Below are positions 29,423 through 38,668 of a stretch of 64,000 nt of DNA, in pieces. Where the stretch lies: NCBI GenBank assembly GCA_964571395.1, contig CAZNBA010000001.1, forward strand, positions 91 through 64,090, given 5' to 3'. The notes beneath the pieces were generated by a model, which ran no database searches, was not told the DNA's origin, and worked only from the letters and a program-made list of their open reading frames with translations. The position numbers were made by a program, and so were the translations under genes. How positions within the stretch are numbered: the stretch's first letter is position 1; the number at the start of each line of letters is the position of its first letter. The DNA comes from an uncultured Muribaculaceae bacterium. GTDB lineage: Bacteria > Bacteroidota > Bacteroidia > Bacteroidales > UBA932.

Positions 29423-30517
29423 ATGAGGTGCAGTAGAGAGATTTTTTTATGTGCTGTTTCGCGCAAGTTTCTTTTCAGACCGGCAGAGGGCAGAACATTT
29501 TTAAGCAGCTCCGGCTATGTTGCTTCTTCCGGTGGTTCTGATGTAACTGAATATGAAATACAGGCGGAACTGTTTGATTCTGAGTTAATGGAGGAGGTTT
29601 CTGCTGAGGCTGAATGGTGCAAGTGTAAAGGAATTAAGATATTATCTGTAATAGACAGTGAGTATCCCGACAATTTGAGAGAGTGTGTGGATGCTCCTGT
29701 TGTGCTTTATTACATAGGTAATGCTAAACTTAATAATTCTAAAATTATTTCTATCATTGGGACCAGACTTGTCTCCTCATATGGCAGGGAGTGTTGTTCC
29801 ATAATTGTGAAAAAATTAGCTGAAAGAGGGTATGACCCATTAATTGTGAGTGGTTTGGCGTATGGTGCGGATATTTGTGCCCAACGCGCTGCTCTTGATT
29901 CCGGATTGGAGACAGTTGCGATTTTGCCAAACGGGCTTGATATGATCTATCCTGCAAAACATAGAGGTGAGGCATGTAGGATGATTTTAAAAGGGGGACT
30001 TATAACGGAATTTCCCAGGGGGGTTAAGCCGCTTAAAATAAACTTTATAAAAAGGAATCGGATTATAGCGGGAATAGCGCATGCCGTTGTGGTGATAGAG
30101 ACGAGGATTAAGGGTGGTGCAATGAGTACGGTTGAATTTGCAAACTCATATGACCGTGATGTTTTTGCATTGCCTGGCCATATTATGGAGGCAAACTCAT
30201 ATGGCTGTAACTATCTTATATCAAAGAATATGGCTCATATTCTTAACAGTGCCGATATAATTCCAGAGTTACTCGGATGGAGAGAAGCAACCGATATTTA
30301 TCTGCAACAGCCCAATCTGTTTGTATCGGACTCAATGGTTTTGGGTAAAGTTATTAATCTTGTAAAAAGGGGAGGGTGCATTGATGCCGGACAACTTTGT
30401 GAGGAGGCAGGTATGACTTTTTCTCAGGCTGCCTCCGCATTGCTTGAACTTGAACTTGAGGGAGTTATAGAGAATATAGGATTGCGTGGATATAGAATCA
30501 AGCGAGTTGCAAAATGA
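29423..30517 (+). CDS. dprA: DNA-processing protein DprA (Smf)
   Basis: YPDNLRECVDAPVVLYYIG, IIGTRLVSSYG, SGLAYGADICAQRAAL, GGAMSTVEFA and a C-terminal winged-helix-like LELELEGVI. Confidence 0.8.
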   Translation: MRCSREIFLCAVSRKFLFRPAEGRTFLSSSGYVASSGGSDVTEYEIQAELFDSELMEEVSAEAEWCKCKGIKILSVIDSEYPDNLRECVDAPVVLYYIGNAKLNNSKIISIIGTRLVSSYGRECCSIIVKKLAERGYDPLIVSGLAYGADICAQRAALDSGLETVAILPNGLDMIYPAKHRGEACRMILKGGLITEFPRGVKPLKINFIKRNRIIAGIAHAVVVIETRIKGGAMSTVEFANSYDRDVFALPGHIMEANSYGCNYLISKNMAHILNSADIIPELLGWREATDIYLQQPNLFVSDSMVLGKVINLVKRGGCIDAGQLCEEAGMTFSQAASALLELELEGVIENIGLRGYRIKRVAK

Positions 30518-30521
30518 TTTG

Positions 30522-30529
30522 TATCTTTG
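30522..30529 (+). promoter_or_regulatory. -7 promoter box for tatD
   Basis: Exact TATCTTTG, 15 nt upstream of ATG 30544. Confidence 0.4.
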
Positions 30530-30543
30530 CGGAAAAATAGAAT

Positions 30544-31350
30544 ATGTTGAGCTATATTGATACTCACGTCCATTTATATGATGAAGCTTTTGACTCCGAC
30601 AGAGAAATTGTCATTGAGCGCATTAAATCTGCCGGTGTTTGTAAATGCATTCTTCCGGCGATAGATTCAACCTATTATGAGAGGCAAACGCAATTCTCTG
30701 ACAGGAACACCGGGTTTGCATATGAGGCAATGGGGCTTCACCCCACATCGGTTTCAACTAATTGGAAGGATGAACTTTCCTTTGTGAAGGAGAAACTTTA
30801 TGGAGAGGAGAGGAGATATTATGCTGTAGGTGAGATAGGTTTGGATTGTTATTGGAGTAAGGAGTTTATTGAGAGCCAAAAAGAGGTTTTTTTTAAGCAG
30901 TTATTGTATGCGTATGACCTATCTTTACCTGTTATTATTCATGTGAGAGAGGCTACGGCCGAGGTGTTTGATCTCTTGGAGCGGTTTAAAGCTGAGGTTG
31001 GAGAGGCCGCAGGAGTTGCTCGCCTGAATGGAGTATTTCATGCCTATTCTGGGAGTATTGAGACTTTTGAGCGCCTTGCCTCTTTCGGCTTTTTTAGAGT
31101 CGGTATAGGCGGTGTGATTACATACAAGAATGCCGGAGTTGTAAAAGCATTGGAGAATATACCGTTAGATCATATTCTTTTGGAAACGGACTCTCCATGG
31201 CTTACTCCGGTACCCTTCAGAGGTAAGCGAAATGAGAGCTCATATATCTCATACATAGCGGAAAAAGTTGCCTCTGTCAAGAAAATTTCTCTTGAGGAAG
31301 TTGCTCGTATAACAACGGAGAATGCTCAAAAATTATTCAACATTTATTGA
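30544..31350 (+). CDS. tatD: TatD family metal-dependent hydrolase
   Basis: IDTHVHLYD, AVGEIGLD, PVIIHVREA, FHAYSG and LLETDSPWL. Confidence 0.9.
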   Translation: MLSYIDTHVHLYDEAFDSDREIVIERIKSAGVCKCILPAIDSTYYERQTQFSDRNTGFAYEAMGLHPTSVSTNWKDELSFVKEKLYGEERRYYAVGEIGLDCYWSKEFIESQKEVFFKQLLYAYDLSLPVIIHVREATAEVFDLLERFKAEVGEAAGVARLNGVFHAYSGSIETFERLASFGFFRVGIGGVITYKNAGVVKALENIPLDHILLETDSPWLTPVPFRGKRNESSYISYIAEKVASVKKISLEEVARITTENAQKLFNIY

Positions 31351-31378
31351 AAAAGAATTGAGTGTCCCCTTTTTTTCC

Positions 31379-31386
31379 TAAATTTG
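31379..31386 (+). promoter_or_regulatory. -7 promoter box for ansA
   Basis: Exact TAAATTTG, 47 nt upstream of ATG 31433. Confidence 0.4.
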
Positions 31387-31432
31387 TTACATTAAAATTG
31401 TGGGATATAACCACGAACATGATATAAATAAT

Positions 31433-32464
31433 ATGAAACGATCATTATTGCTTATTTATACGGGCGGAACAATCGGAATGAAGCAAGATCCAGACGATTT
31501 TACACTTAAACCCTTTAATTTTAAGCAAATACTTAAAGAGGTGCCGGAATTGAAGAAGTTCGGTTATTCTATTGACACAATATCGTTCGATCCACTAATT
31601 GATTCCTCTGATGCACAGCCTGAATTTTGGCAGGATATAGCTAAAATCATTAAGACCAATTATGGCGAATATGACGGTTTTGTTGTTTTGCATGGTACGG
31701 ATACAATGTCTTATACAGCCTCTGCAATGAGTTTCATGCTTGAAAATCTTGACAAACCTGTGGTATTTACCGGCAGTCAACTCCCAATAGGTATGTTGAG
31801 AACCGACGGAAAAGAGAATCTGATCTCCTCTATTGAGATAGCTGCTGCTGTCAATTCCAATGGCAAACCTATGGTTCCGGAGGTATGTATTTATTTTGAC
31901 AATCAATTATACAGAGGTAACCGTACTACAAAGTACAATGCGGAAAATTTCAGAGCGTTCCGTTCCGCCAATTATAGTATCCTTGCAGAAACCGGTATAC
32001 ATATAAAGTATAATGAGGATGCGATAATTTATCCGAAACGCAATAACAAACCTTTGAAAGTCAATATGAATTTGGATACTAATGTCGCGATACTTAAAAT
32101 TTATCCCGGTATTATGAAAAGCGTTGTGGACTCTGTGATTGATATTCCGGGGCTCAGGGCGATAGTTTTGGAGACATACGGTTCAGGTAACGCACCCACG
32201 AACGAGTGTTTTTTGAATAGTATCAAAAGAGCTTATGATAAGGGACTTATACTTTTGAATGTCTCTCAATGTATGGCCGGAAGCGTTAATATGGATGCTT
32301 ATGCCACAGGTATAGCTTTGAAGAAAATTGGGGTAATAAGTGGCTATGATTCAACGACTGAGGCTGCCATGACAAAATTATTTTTTCTCATGGGGCAACA
32401 TAAGGAAAATGAAAAAGTTAAGGTTTTGTTGCGAAAGAATTTGAGAGGAGAAATTTCATTATAA
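31433..32464 (+). CDS. ansA: Type I (cytoplasmic) L-asparaginase
   Basis: YTGGTIGM and VLHGTDTMSYTASA active-site motifs. The start is trimmed from GTG 31400 to ATG 31433. Confidence 0.85.
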   Translation: MKRSLLLIYTGGTIGMKQDPDDFTLKPFNFKQILKEVPELKKFGYSIDTISFDPLIDSSDAQPEFWQDIAKIIKTNYGEYDGFVVLHGTDTMSYTASAMSFMLENLDKPVVFTGSQLPIGMLRTDGKENLISSIEIAAAVNSNGKPMVPEVCIYFDNQLYRGNRTTKYNAENFRAFRSANYSILAETGIHIKYNEDAIIYPKRNNKPLKVNMNLDTNVAILKIYPGIMKSVVDSVIDIPGLRAIVLETYGSGNAPTNECFLNSIKRAYDKGLILLNVSQCMAGSVNMDAYATGIALKKIGVISGYDSTTEAAMTKLFFLMGQHKENEKVKVLLRKNLRGEISL

Positions 32465-32594
32465 ATTATGCGGAATTAAAAATTTTTGCTTAAATTGCGC
32501 GATAATTTGAAAACAGAAACATAAACGCAAAGTTTTTAGATTGAAACTATAACTATTTAATACATTGTTTAATATTTTAATTACTCAAAAATTT

Positions 32595-33356
32595 ATGAAA
32601 AAATTTTTCATGTTTTTGGCAGTTATTGGCTTCATTGCCATCTCTGCTCAGTATGCAGCTGCTCAAACTTCTGCACCGGCTGATAATACCGCTGCAAATT
32701 CTTTGACAGTTCAGAACGACACTCCTGTGTACCAGCAAATCAAGATTAAATTTATCGAAGGTGGTCCTGGCTTTATGGCTACAATCATCCTCTGTCTTAT
32801 CTTTGGTTTGGCTTTGGCTATTGAAAGAATTATTTATCTTAACCTTGCTACTACCAATACGCAAAAGTTGTTGAGCAAAGTTGACGAAGCTCTTAAGAAT
32901 GGTGGCGTTGATGCAGCAAAAGAGGTTTGCCGTAATACAAGAGGCCCTATCGCAAGTATTTTCTATCAGGGATTAAGCCGTATGAATGAAGGTGTTGAGG
33001 TTGTTGAGAAATCAGTTGTTTCTTATGGTGGCGTACAAATGAGCCTTTTGGAGAATGGCCTTTCATGGATACAGTTGTTTATTACATTGGCTCCTATGTT
33101 GGGATTCTTGGGAACAGTTATCGGTATGATTCAGGCATTCGATGCTATTCAGGTTGCCGGTGATATTTCCCCTAACGTTGTTGCAGGTGGTATGAAGGTT
33201 GCGTTGATCACTACAGTAGGTGGTTTGGTTGTAGCTATCATTCTTCAGTTGTTCTACAACTATATCGTTTCTAAGATCGATTCAGTTGTTGTTTCTATGG
33301 AAGATGCATCTATCTCACTTGTGGATATGTTAGTTAACTATAATAATAAGAAATAA
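32595..33356 (+). CDS. exbB: MotA/TolQ/ExbB proton-channel protein
   Basis: Signal-like N-terminus and a C-terminal channel region LAPMLGFLGTVIGMIQAF...ALITTVGGLVVAI. The start is trimmed to ATG 32595. Confidence 0.85.
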   Translation: MKKFFMFLAVIGFIAISAQYAAAQTSAPADNTAANSLTVQNDTPVYQQIKIKFIEGGPGFMATIILCLIFGLALAIERIIYLNLATTNTQKLLSKVDEALKNGGVDAAKEVCRNTRGPIASIFYQGLSRMNEGVEVVEKSVVSYGGVQMSLLENGLSWIQLFITLAPMLGFLGTVIGMIQAFDAIQVAGDISPNVVAGGMKVALITTVGGLVVAIILQLFYNYIVSKIDSVVVSMEDASISLVDMLVNYNNKK

Positions 33357-33358
33357 GT

Positions 33359-33769
33359 ATGTCTAAATTAAATAAATATTTTTTATACATATTATTCGGT
33401 ATATCCATTATTATCGGTGTCGTATTCTTCTTTAATACTTCAAGCGAATCAATGGTTTATACTCTCCTTAACTGGTCGTATATACTATTCTTCATCTGCT
33501 TGATTTGCACACTTATAATGCCTTTGTTCTATTCTAACGGTAAGAGCAAAAAAGGAGCCTTTGTAAAGGTGGGTATTGCCGTAGTATTATGTTTGATCTC
33601 ATATTTATTGGCATCAGGAAGCCCTGTAGAACTTGCAGCTGGCACTCCTGTTCCATCGGGATCAACTTTAAAATTTGTCGATGCTGGATTGATTTTGAGC
33701 GCCATTCTTGGAGTTGTTGCTTTTATATCAATCTTTTCTAGAGGTATTATAAACTTGTTCAGAAAATAA
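33359..33769 (+). CDS. Hypothetical 4-TM membrane protein between exbB and exbD
   Basis: 136-aa hydrophobic ORF, 2 nt after the exbB stop. I recognise no motif. Confidence 0.4.
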   Translation: MSKLNKYFLYILFGISIIIGVVFFFNTSSESMVYTLLNWSYILFFICLICTLIMPLFYSNGKSKKGAFVKVGIAVVLCLISYLLASGSPVELAAGTPVPSGSTLKFVDAGLILSAILGVVAFISIFSRGIINLFRK

Positions 33770-33776
33770 TTTAATT

Positions 33777-34355
33777 ATGGCAAAAAAAGAAGTACAGGAA
33801 ATCAATGCCGGATCAATGGCGGATATCTCTTTCTTGTTGCTCATATTCTGGTTAACAACAACTACGATGGATGCAGATAAAGGTATTCGCCGTCAGTTGC
33901 CACCCATGCCTAATGAAAATGAAAAGCAGTCTGACGTAAAAGTCAACCGCAGAAACATTTTGCAGGTTAAGATCAGTAAGAGTGATAGAATCTTTGCTGG
34001 TTCGCAAGCAGTGGATATCAGCCAGGTTAAGGATAAGGTTGTTGAATTTATCCTGAACCCAGCAAACAGCGAGTCGTTACCTGAAAAAGTGATGACTGAA
34101 GTTGCCGGATTCGGGCAATATCCGGTTTCCCAAGGTGTTGTTTCTTTGCAAAATGACCGTGGAACAAGCTATAATGCATACATACAGGTGCAGAACGAGA
34201 TCATCAGAGCTTATGATGAGGTCCGCGATGCTTTTGCAATGAAAAATTTCGGCAAGAAATACGCATCTTTGGATGATCAAAAACAGAAAATTGTTAGGGA
34301 TGCTATTCCTCAAACAATTTCTGAGGCCGAACCTAAAGACGTTAATAAAAAATAG
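33777..34355 (+). CDS. exbD: ExbD/TolR biopolymer transport protein
   Basis: N-terminal INAGSMADISFLLLIFWLTT (ExbD-type TM segment) plus a periplasmic domain. Confidence 0.8.
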   Translation: MAKKEVQEINAGSMADISFLLLIFWLTTTTMDADKGIRRQLPPMPNENEKQSDVKVNRRNILQVKISKSDRIFAGSQAVDISQVKDKVVEFILNPANSESLPEKVMTEVAGFGQYPVSQGVVSLQNDRGTSYNAYIQVQNEIIRAYDEVRDAFAMKNFGKKYASLDDQKQKIVRDAIPQTISEAEPKDVNKK

Positions 34356-34367
34356 GAGGTAACAGAC

Positions 34368-34850
34368 ATGGCAATATTTGCAAGAAAAGGTAAGGGCGAT
34401 ATGCCTAAGATCAATACATCTTCTCTACCGGATGTTATCTTCATGTTGTTGTTCTTCTTTATGGTAACGACACAATTACGTGAAACCGAGACAATGGTAA
34501 TGGTGAAACTTCCTGAGGCATCTCAGGTGGCTAAACTTGATAGAAAGGATTTGGCATCATATATATATGTCGGAACACCTTCGCTAGCGCATCAGTCAAA
34601 ATACGGAACAGATTCCCGTATTCAATTGAATGACGCATTCAAGTCTATCAGCGATATCAGGGATTTCATCGCATCAGAAAGAGAGGTAAGAAGTGAGGAA
34701 GATCGTTCATTTATGACAACTTCCATCAAAGCTGATGAAAATGTTCGTATGGGTATAATTACAGATATCAAGCAACAACTTAGACGTTGTTCGGCTCTTA
34801 AGATTATGTATTCTGCTCGTGCTAAACAGATTGTAGGAAACAATAATTAA
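34368..34850 (+). CDS. exbD: ExbD/TolR biopolymer transport protein (second copy)
   Basis: INTSSLPDVIFMLLFFFMVTT TM segment and a similar architecture. Confidence 0.75.
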   Translation: MAIFARKGKGDMPKINTSSLPDVIFMLLFFFMVTTQLRETETMVMVKLPEASQVAKLDRKDLASYIYVGTPSLAHQSKYGTDSRIQLNDAFKSISDIRDFIASEREVRSEEDRSFMTTSIKADENVRMGIITDIKQQLRRCSALKIMYSARAKQIVGNNN

Positions 34851-34866
34851 TCAGTAATATTTATTT

Positions 34867-34897
34867 AAAAAAGGCGGCTTTACGGTCGCCTTTTTTT
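34867..34897 (+). terminator. Intrinsic terminator after the exbBD operon
   Basis: GGCGGC (34873-34878) pairs with GGTCGCC (34884-34890). The stem is flanked by an A-run and a T7 run (34891-34897). Confidence 0.65.
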
Positions 34898-34920
34898 GTA
34901 AAACTTTCTATGCTTTTTTG

Positions 34921-34928
34921 TAACTTTG
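34921..34928 (+). promoter_or_regulatory. -7 promoter box for the alkaline phosphatase gene
   Basis: Exact TAACTTTG, 42 nt upstream of ATG 34970, with a TTTG about 23 nt further upstream. Confidence 0.45.
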
Positions 34929-34969
34929 AATGTTAAGAGAGTAGTATAAATTTATATAAATTATTGTAT

Positions 34970-36226
34970 ATGAAGAAATTAAGCGTAAAAATTATTGCCG
35001 CAATGTTTACATTGGTATTTCTGGTGGGGTCATTGAGCAGTGTCGATGCCCAGAAAAAGGCTAAATATGTTTTCTTCTTTATTGGTGATGGCATGGGGTT
35101 TTCTCACGTCTCACTTACCGAGGCTTATCTTGCCGCTCAGAAGGGGAAGATAGGAAGTGACCCATTGTCATTTACAAAATTTCCTGTTATGGGTATGGCT
35201 ACAACATATTCAGCGAGTAACCCGATAACTTGTTCCTCTGCTGCAGGTACGGCTTTGTCTACAGGTTTCAAGACAAAAAACCATATGTTGGGAGTTGCAC
35301 CGGATACAAGCAATCTTACAAGTATTACTTATAAAATTCATGCAAAGGGTATTCCTGTGGGTATAATGACAACTGTCACAATAGACCACGCGACGCCAGG
35401 GGCTTTTTATGCTCATTCTGCTGACAGGAACGATTACTACACAGTTGCGTGCCAGTTGCCGGAAACAGGGTTCGAGTTTTTCGGTGGCGGAGGATTCCAG
35501 GGAGCTACTCCTTCTAAGGGTTCTACAAAAACTTCTGAACAATTGAACAATGATCTCCTTGCTCTTGCAGCGAAAGAGGGATACAAAGTGGCATATGGTG
35601 TACAAGATTATAATGCTAAGAAGAATAGCACAAAAAAAATGATTCTGTTCCAACAAAAGGAGAAGGCGAATGGGATTCTTCCTTATGCCTTGTTTAGAAA
35701 GGAGGGAGATCTTACTCTTACTGAGGTCTTAAAATCCGCCATAGATTTTCTTGATAAAGGTAAAGGATTCTTTATTATGGCCGAGGGTGGCAAAATAGAT
35801 TGGGCTGCTCATTCAAATGATGTGGCCAATACAATTTATGAGACAATAGATATGTCGAACGCAATAGAGGAGGCTTATAAATTTTATTTAAAGCATCCCG
35901 ACGAGACACTCATTATTGTAACTGCAGATCATGAAACTGGTGGTGTCTCTTTAGGTCGAAAGAGTGGTTATGTTTTTGATTTAAGCAGTATTGTAAAGAA
36001 TCACGCCACAATGTCTAACATTGGTACAAATCCGGAGGATTATATGAAGGTTGTGCCTGCTGATTCAATCTCCAAGAAGACGCAGATAGGTTGGACTACC
36101 ACCTCTCATACGGGTGGAGCTGTGCCTGTTTTTGCTGTAGGAGTAGGAAGTGAGCAGTTTGCAGGTAGACAGGATAATACAGATATTCCTAAGAAGGTTT
36201 GTAAGGCCATGGGTATTAAATTTTAA
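34970..36226 (+). CDS. Alkaline phosphatase (PhoA family), secreted
   Basis: Signal peptide, FFIGDGMG, CSSAAGTALSTG (nucleophile Ser region), DHATPGAFYAHS and TADHETGG. Confidence 0.85.
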   Translation: MKKLSVKIIAAMFTLVFLVGSLSSVDAQKKAKYVFFFIGDGMGFSHVSLTEAYLAAQKGKIGSDPLSFTKFPVMGMATTYSASNPITCSSAAGTALSTGFKTKNHMLGVAPDTSNLTSITYKIHAKGIPVGIMTTVTIDHATPGAFYAHSADRNDYYTVACQLPETGFEFFGGGGFQGATPSKGSTKTSEQLNNDLLALAAKEGYKVAYGVQDYNAKKNSTKKMILFQQKEKANGILPYALFRKEGDLTLTEVLKSAIDFLDKGKGFFIMAEGGKIDWAAHSNDVANTIYETIDMSNAIEEAYKFYLKHPDETLIIVTADHETGGVSLGRKSGYVFDLSSIVKNHATMSNIGTNPEDYMKVVPADSISKKTQIGWTTTSHTGGAVPVFAVGVGSEQFAGRQDNTDIPKKVCKAMGIKF

Positions 36227-36276
36227 GGTATTTTACAGAACATATTAACAATATAATAAGATAGAGAGATAATATA

Positions 36277-37815
36277 ATGAATTGCTCCTTAAAATTGAGA
36301 TTGCGAATTGTCGTAATTGTCTTATGTGCAATCTCTTTTTCTTGTTTTTCTTTTGGAGCCGTGGCTCAGAATCAGCCTAAGTGTGAATTCAGGGGTGCGT
36401 GGCTTCATATAGTTGGTAATAGTACGATTCGTACTCTTTCAATGGGTGAGGTTAAGAAGAGGTTTGAGACAACGCTTGACTCGCTGAAATTGGCAGGATG
36501 CAACGCAGTTATTTTTCAGGTACGTCCTCAGGCCGATGCCTTTTATAAATCTGATATTGAGCCGTGGAGCCGATATTTGACAGGGATACAAGGCCGTGCT
36601 CCTGAACCTTTTTGGGATCCGTTGGAATTTATGATAGAGGAGGCTCATAAAAGGGGAATGGAACTGCATGCCTGGTGTAATCCCTACAGAGTTACCTCTA
36701 ACGATAAGGATCTCTTGGCAAAAAGTCATCTCTATTTTAAAAATCCATCGATTTTTGTACGTTATGGGAAACAACTGTATTTTGATCCGGGTGAGCCGGA
36801 GGCTATAAGACATACCGTTAATGTGATTGCCGATATAGTATCGCGATACGATGTGGATGCGATCCATTTTGATGATTATTTTTATCCGTATCCTATTAAG
36901 AACAGAAAATTTCCTGACGATAAATCTTTTGCCAAATACGCTAAGGCTCAGGGCTTCGACAGTAGTCACCGTGCTGATTGGAGAAGACATAATGTTGAGA
37001 TGCTGATAAAGGCTGTAAATGATACGATAAAATCTATAAAACCATGGGTGAGATTTGGCATCAGTCCGTTTGGGATACATAGAAATAAAAGGCAGACGCC
37101 TGACGGCAGCGGCAGTAATACCAATGGACTCTCCAATTATGAGGATCTTTTTGCAGATGTTCCGGCATGGGCGGGAAAGGGCTATATAGATTATATTGCG
37201 CCGCAACTTTATTGGAGAATAGGACATCCGGTTGCAGATTATGAGATATTGATCAATTGGTGGAGCAGTAGTAATTTCAAGGGGCAGCTTTATATTGGAC
37301 AGAGTATTGATACCTTTAATGAAAGGGATCTCAATAATTCTCAAACTACGCAGATGGCGGAGAAGATGAGAATGGAGAGGACTCTTCCCAATATTGACGG
37401 TAATATATGGTGGCCTGGTTGGACAATTCAAAAAAATCCTTTTGGTTTTGCGGATAGCCTGATAACGAAATATCAAAACCGGTTGGCTCTGATTCCTGCT
37501 TATAAGGAGATTGACTCCATTCCTCCCATGCCAGTGGAGGATCTTCATAAAAGAGGGAGGGAAATTGTCTGGGAGCCTTGTTCTCATGAACAGCATGATC
37601 CTATGCAAAAGCCTCTGTTTTATGCCGTTTACTGTTTCCCAGAGGGAGTGGAGGTGAATATTGAGAGTTCTGACTATCTGATTGCTGTTACAGAGGATAA
37701 ATTTTATCTTCCGGTCAAGGAACATCGACATCATAATGTTGGTGACAGGTATGTCATTACGGTTTTGGATAGGTGCTGGAACGAGAGTCTACCATCTAGA
37801 GTCATTGAGTATTAA
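36277..37815 (+). CDS. GHL10 (DUF187, YngK-like) glycoside-hydrolase-like protein, secreted
   Basis: Signal peptide, FRGAWLH, CNAVIFQVRPQADAFY, GMELHAWCNPYRV, DAIHFDDYFYP and YIAPQLYW. Confidence 0.75.
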   Translation: MNCSLKLRLRIVVIVLCAISFSCFSFGAVAQNQPKCEFRGAWLHIVGNSTIRTLSMGEVKKRFETTLDSLKLAGCNAVIFQVRPQADAFYKSDIEPWSRYLTGIQGRAPEPFWDPLEFMIEEAHKRGMELHAWCNPYRVTSNDKDLLAKSHLYFKNPSIFVRYGKQLYFDPGEPEAIRHTVNVIADIVSRYDVDAIHFDDYFYPYPIKNRKFPDDKSFAKYAKAQGFDSSHRADWRRHNVEMLIKAVNDTIKSIKPWVRFGISPFGIHRNKRQTPDGSGSNTNGLSNYEDLFADVPAWAGKGYIDYIAPQLYWRIGHPVADYEILINWWSSSNFKGQLYIGQSIDTFNERDLNNSQTTQMAEKMRMERTLPNIDGNIWWPGWTIQKNPFGFADSLITKYQNRLALIPAYKEIDSIPPMPVEDLHKRGREIVWEPCSHEQHDPMQKPLFYAVYCFPEGVEVNIESSDYLIAVTEDKFYLPVKEHRHHNVGDRYVITVLDRCWNESLPSRVIEY

Positions 37816-37887
37816 TTTCTTAATAATGTAAATTCTTATATGCTTTTTTATAACGATATGAAAATTAATCAGAATTTTTTTAGCAGG

Positions 37888-38628
37888 ATGAAGTCTCTTT
37901 TTGTTTTGATGGCATTGGTAGTGTCCGTTTTTCCTGCAATGGCTCAACGTACCGGACATTATGCTGAGAGAGTTGCTCTTTTTGATAGCGAAAAGCCTTT
38001 GTGCAGCAGTGATATAGTTTTTCTTGGTAATAGTCTTACCGAGGGTGGTGATTGGGTAAATTTGTTTTCGGAGAGTCAAAGGAGATTACAGAGGAGTGGA
38101 GGAAGAATTGCCAACAGAGGAATCATAGGTGATGATGCGCCAGGAATTTATGATAGGCTTTACCAGATATTGCCGGCACATCCAAAAAAGATCTTTCTTC
38201 TTGTGGGGGTTAATGATATAAGTCATCATCTTACTGCCGACAGTGTTGTAAGGGCTATTGCAAAGGTTGTAGATAAAATTCGTACCGATTCTCCACAAAC
38301 AAAGCTTTATCTACAGACTTTATTGCCGATAAACGAGAGTTTCAAAAGATATAAAAATCTAAACGGGAAGAGTGCCATTGTGGTTGAGGTTAACGAAGGG
38401 CTGAAAAAAATGGCTAAAGAGAGAGGGATTAAGTGCATAGATCTTTATCCCCTTTTTGTGGCAAAGGAGAGGGCAAATTGTGACTCTGACATGCGTTCAG
38501 GTGATTCAAGCAGTTGTTCATTAGGGAATGTCGGGGTACTGGATCCTGCTCTTACCAAAGATGGATTGCATCTTGTTCCTGCCGGATACGAGATTTGGAG
38601 GGCTGCGTTAATGAAGTATGTGAAATAA
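37888..38628 (+). CDS. SGNH/GDSL-type esterase, secreted
   Basis: Signal peptide MKSLFVLMALVVSVFPAMAQ, block I FLGNSLTEGGDW, block III LLVGVNDI and block V DGLHLVPAGY. In-frame ATGs at 37840 and 37858 are alternative starts. Confidence 0.7.
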   Translation: MKSLFVLMALVVSVFPAMAQRTGHYAERVALFDSEKPLCSSDIVFLGNSLTEGGDWVNLFSESQRRLQRSGGRIANRGIIGDDAPGIYDRLYQILPAHPKKIFLLVGVNDISHHLTADSVVRAIAKVVDKIRTDSPQTKLYLQTLLPINESFKRYKNLNGKSAIVVEVNEGLKKMAKERGIKCIDLYPLFVAKERANCDSDMRSGDSSSCSLGNVGVLDPALTKDGLHLVPAGYEIWRAALMKYVK

Positions 38629-38632
38629 TTTG

Positions 38633-38640
38633 TAACTTTG
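38633..38640 (+). promoter_or_regulatory. -7 promoter box for asnS
   Basis: Exact TAACTTTG, 29 nt upstream of ATG 38669. Confidence 0.45.
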
Positions 38641-38668
38641 AAAGTTAAATAAGTAATTTTTTATTGAG

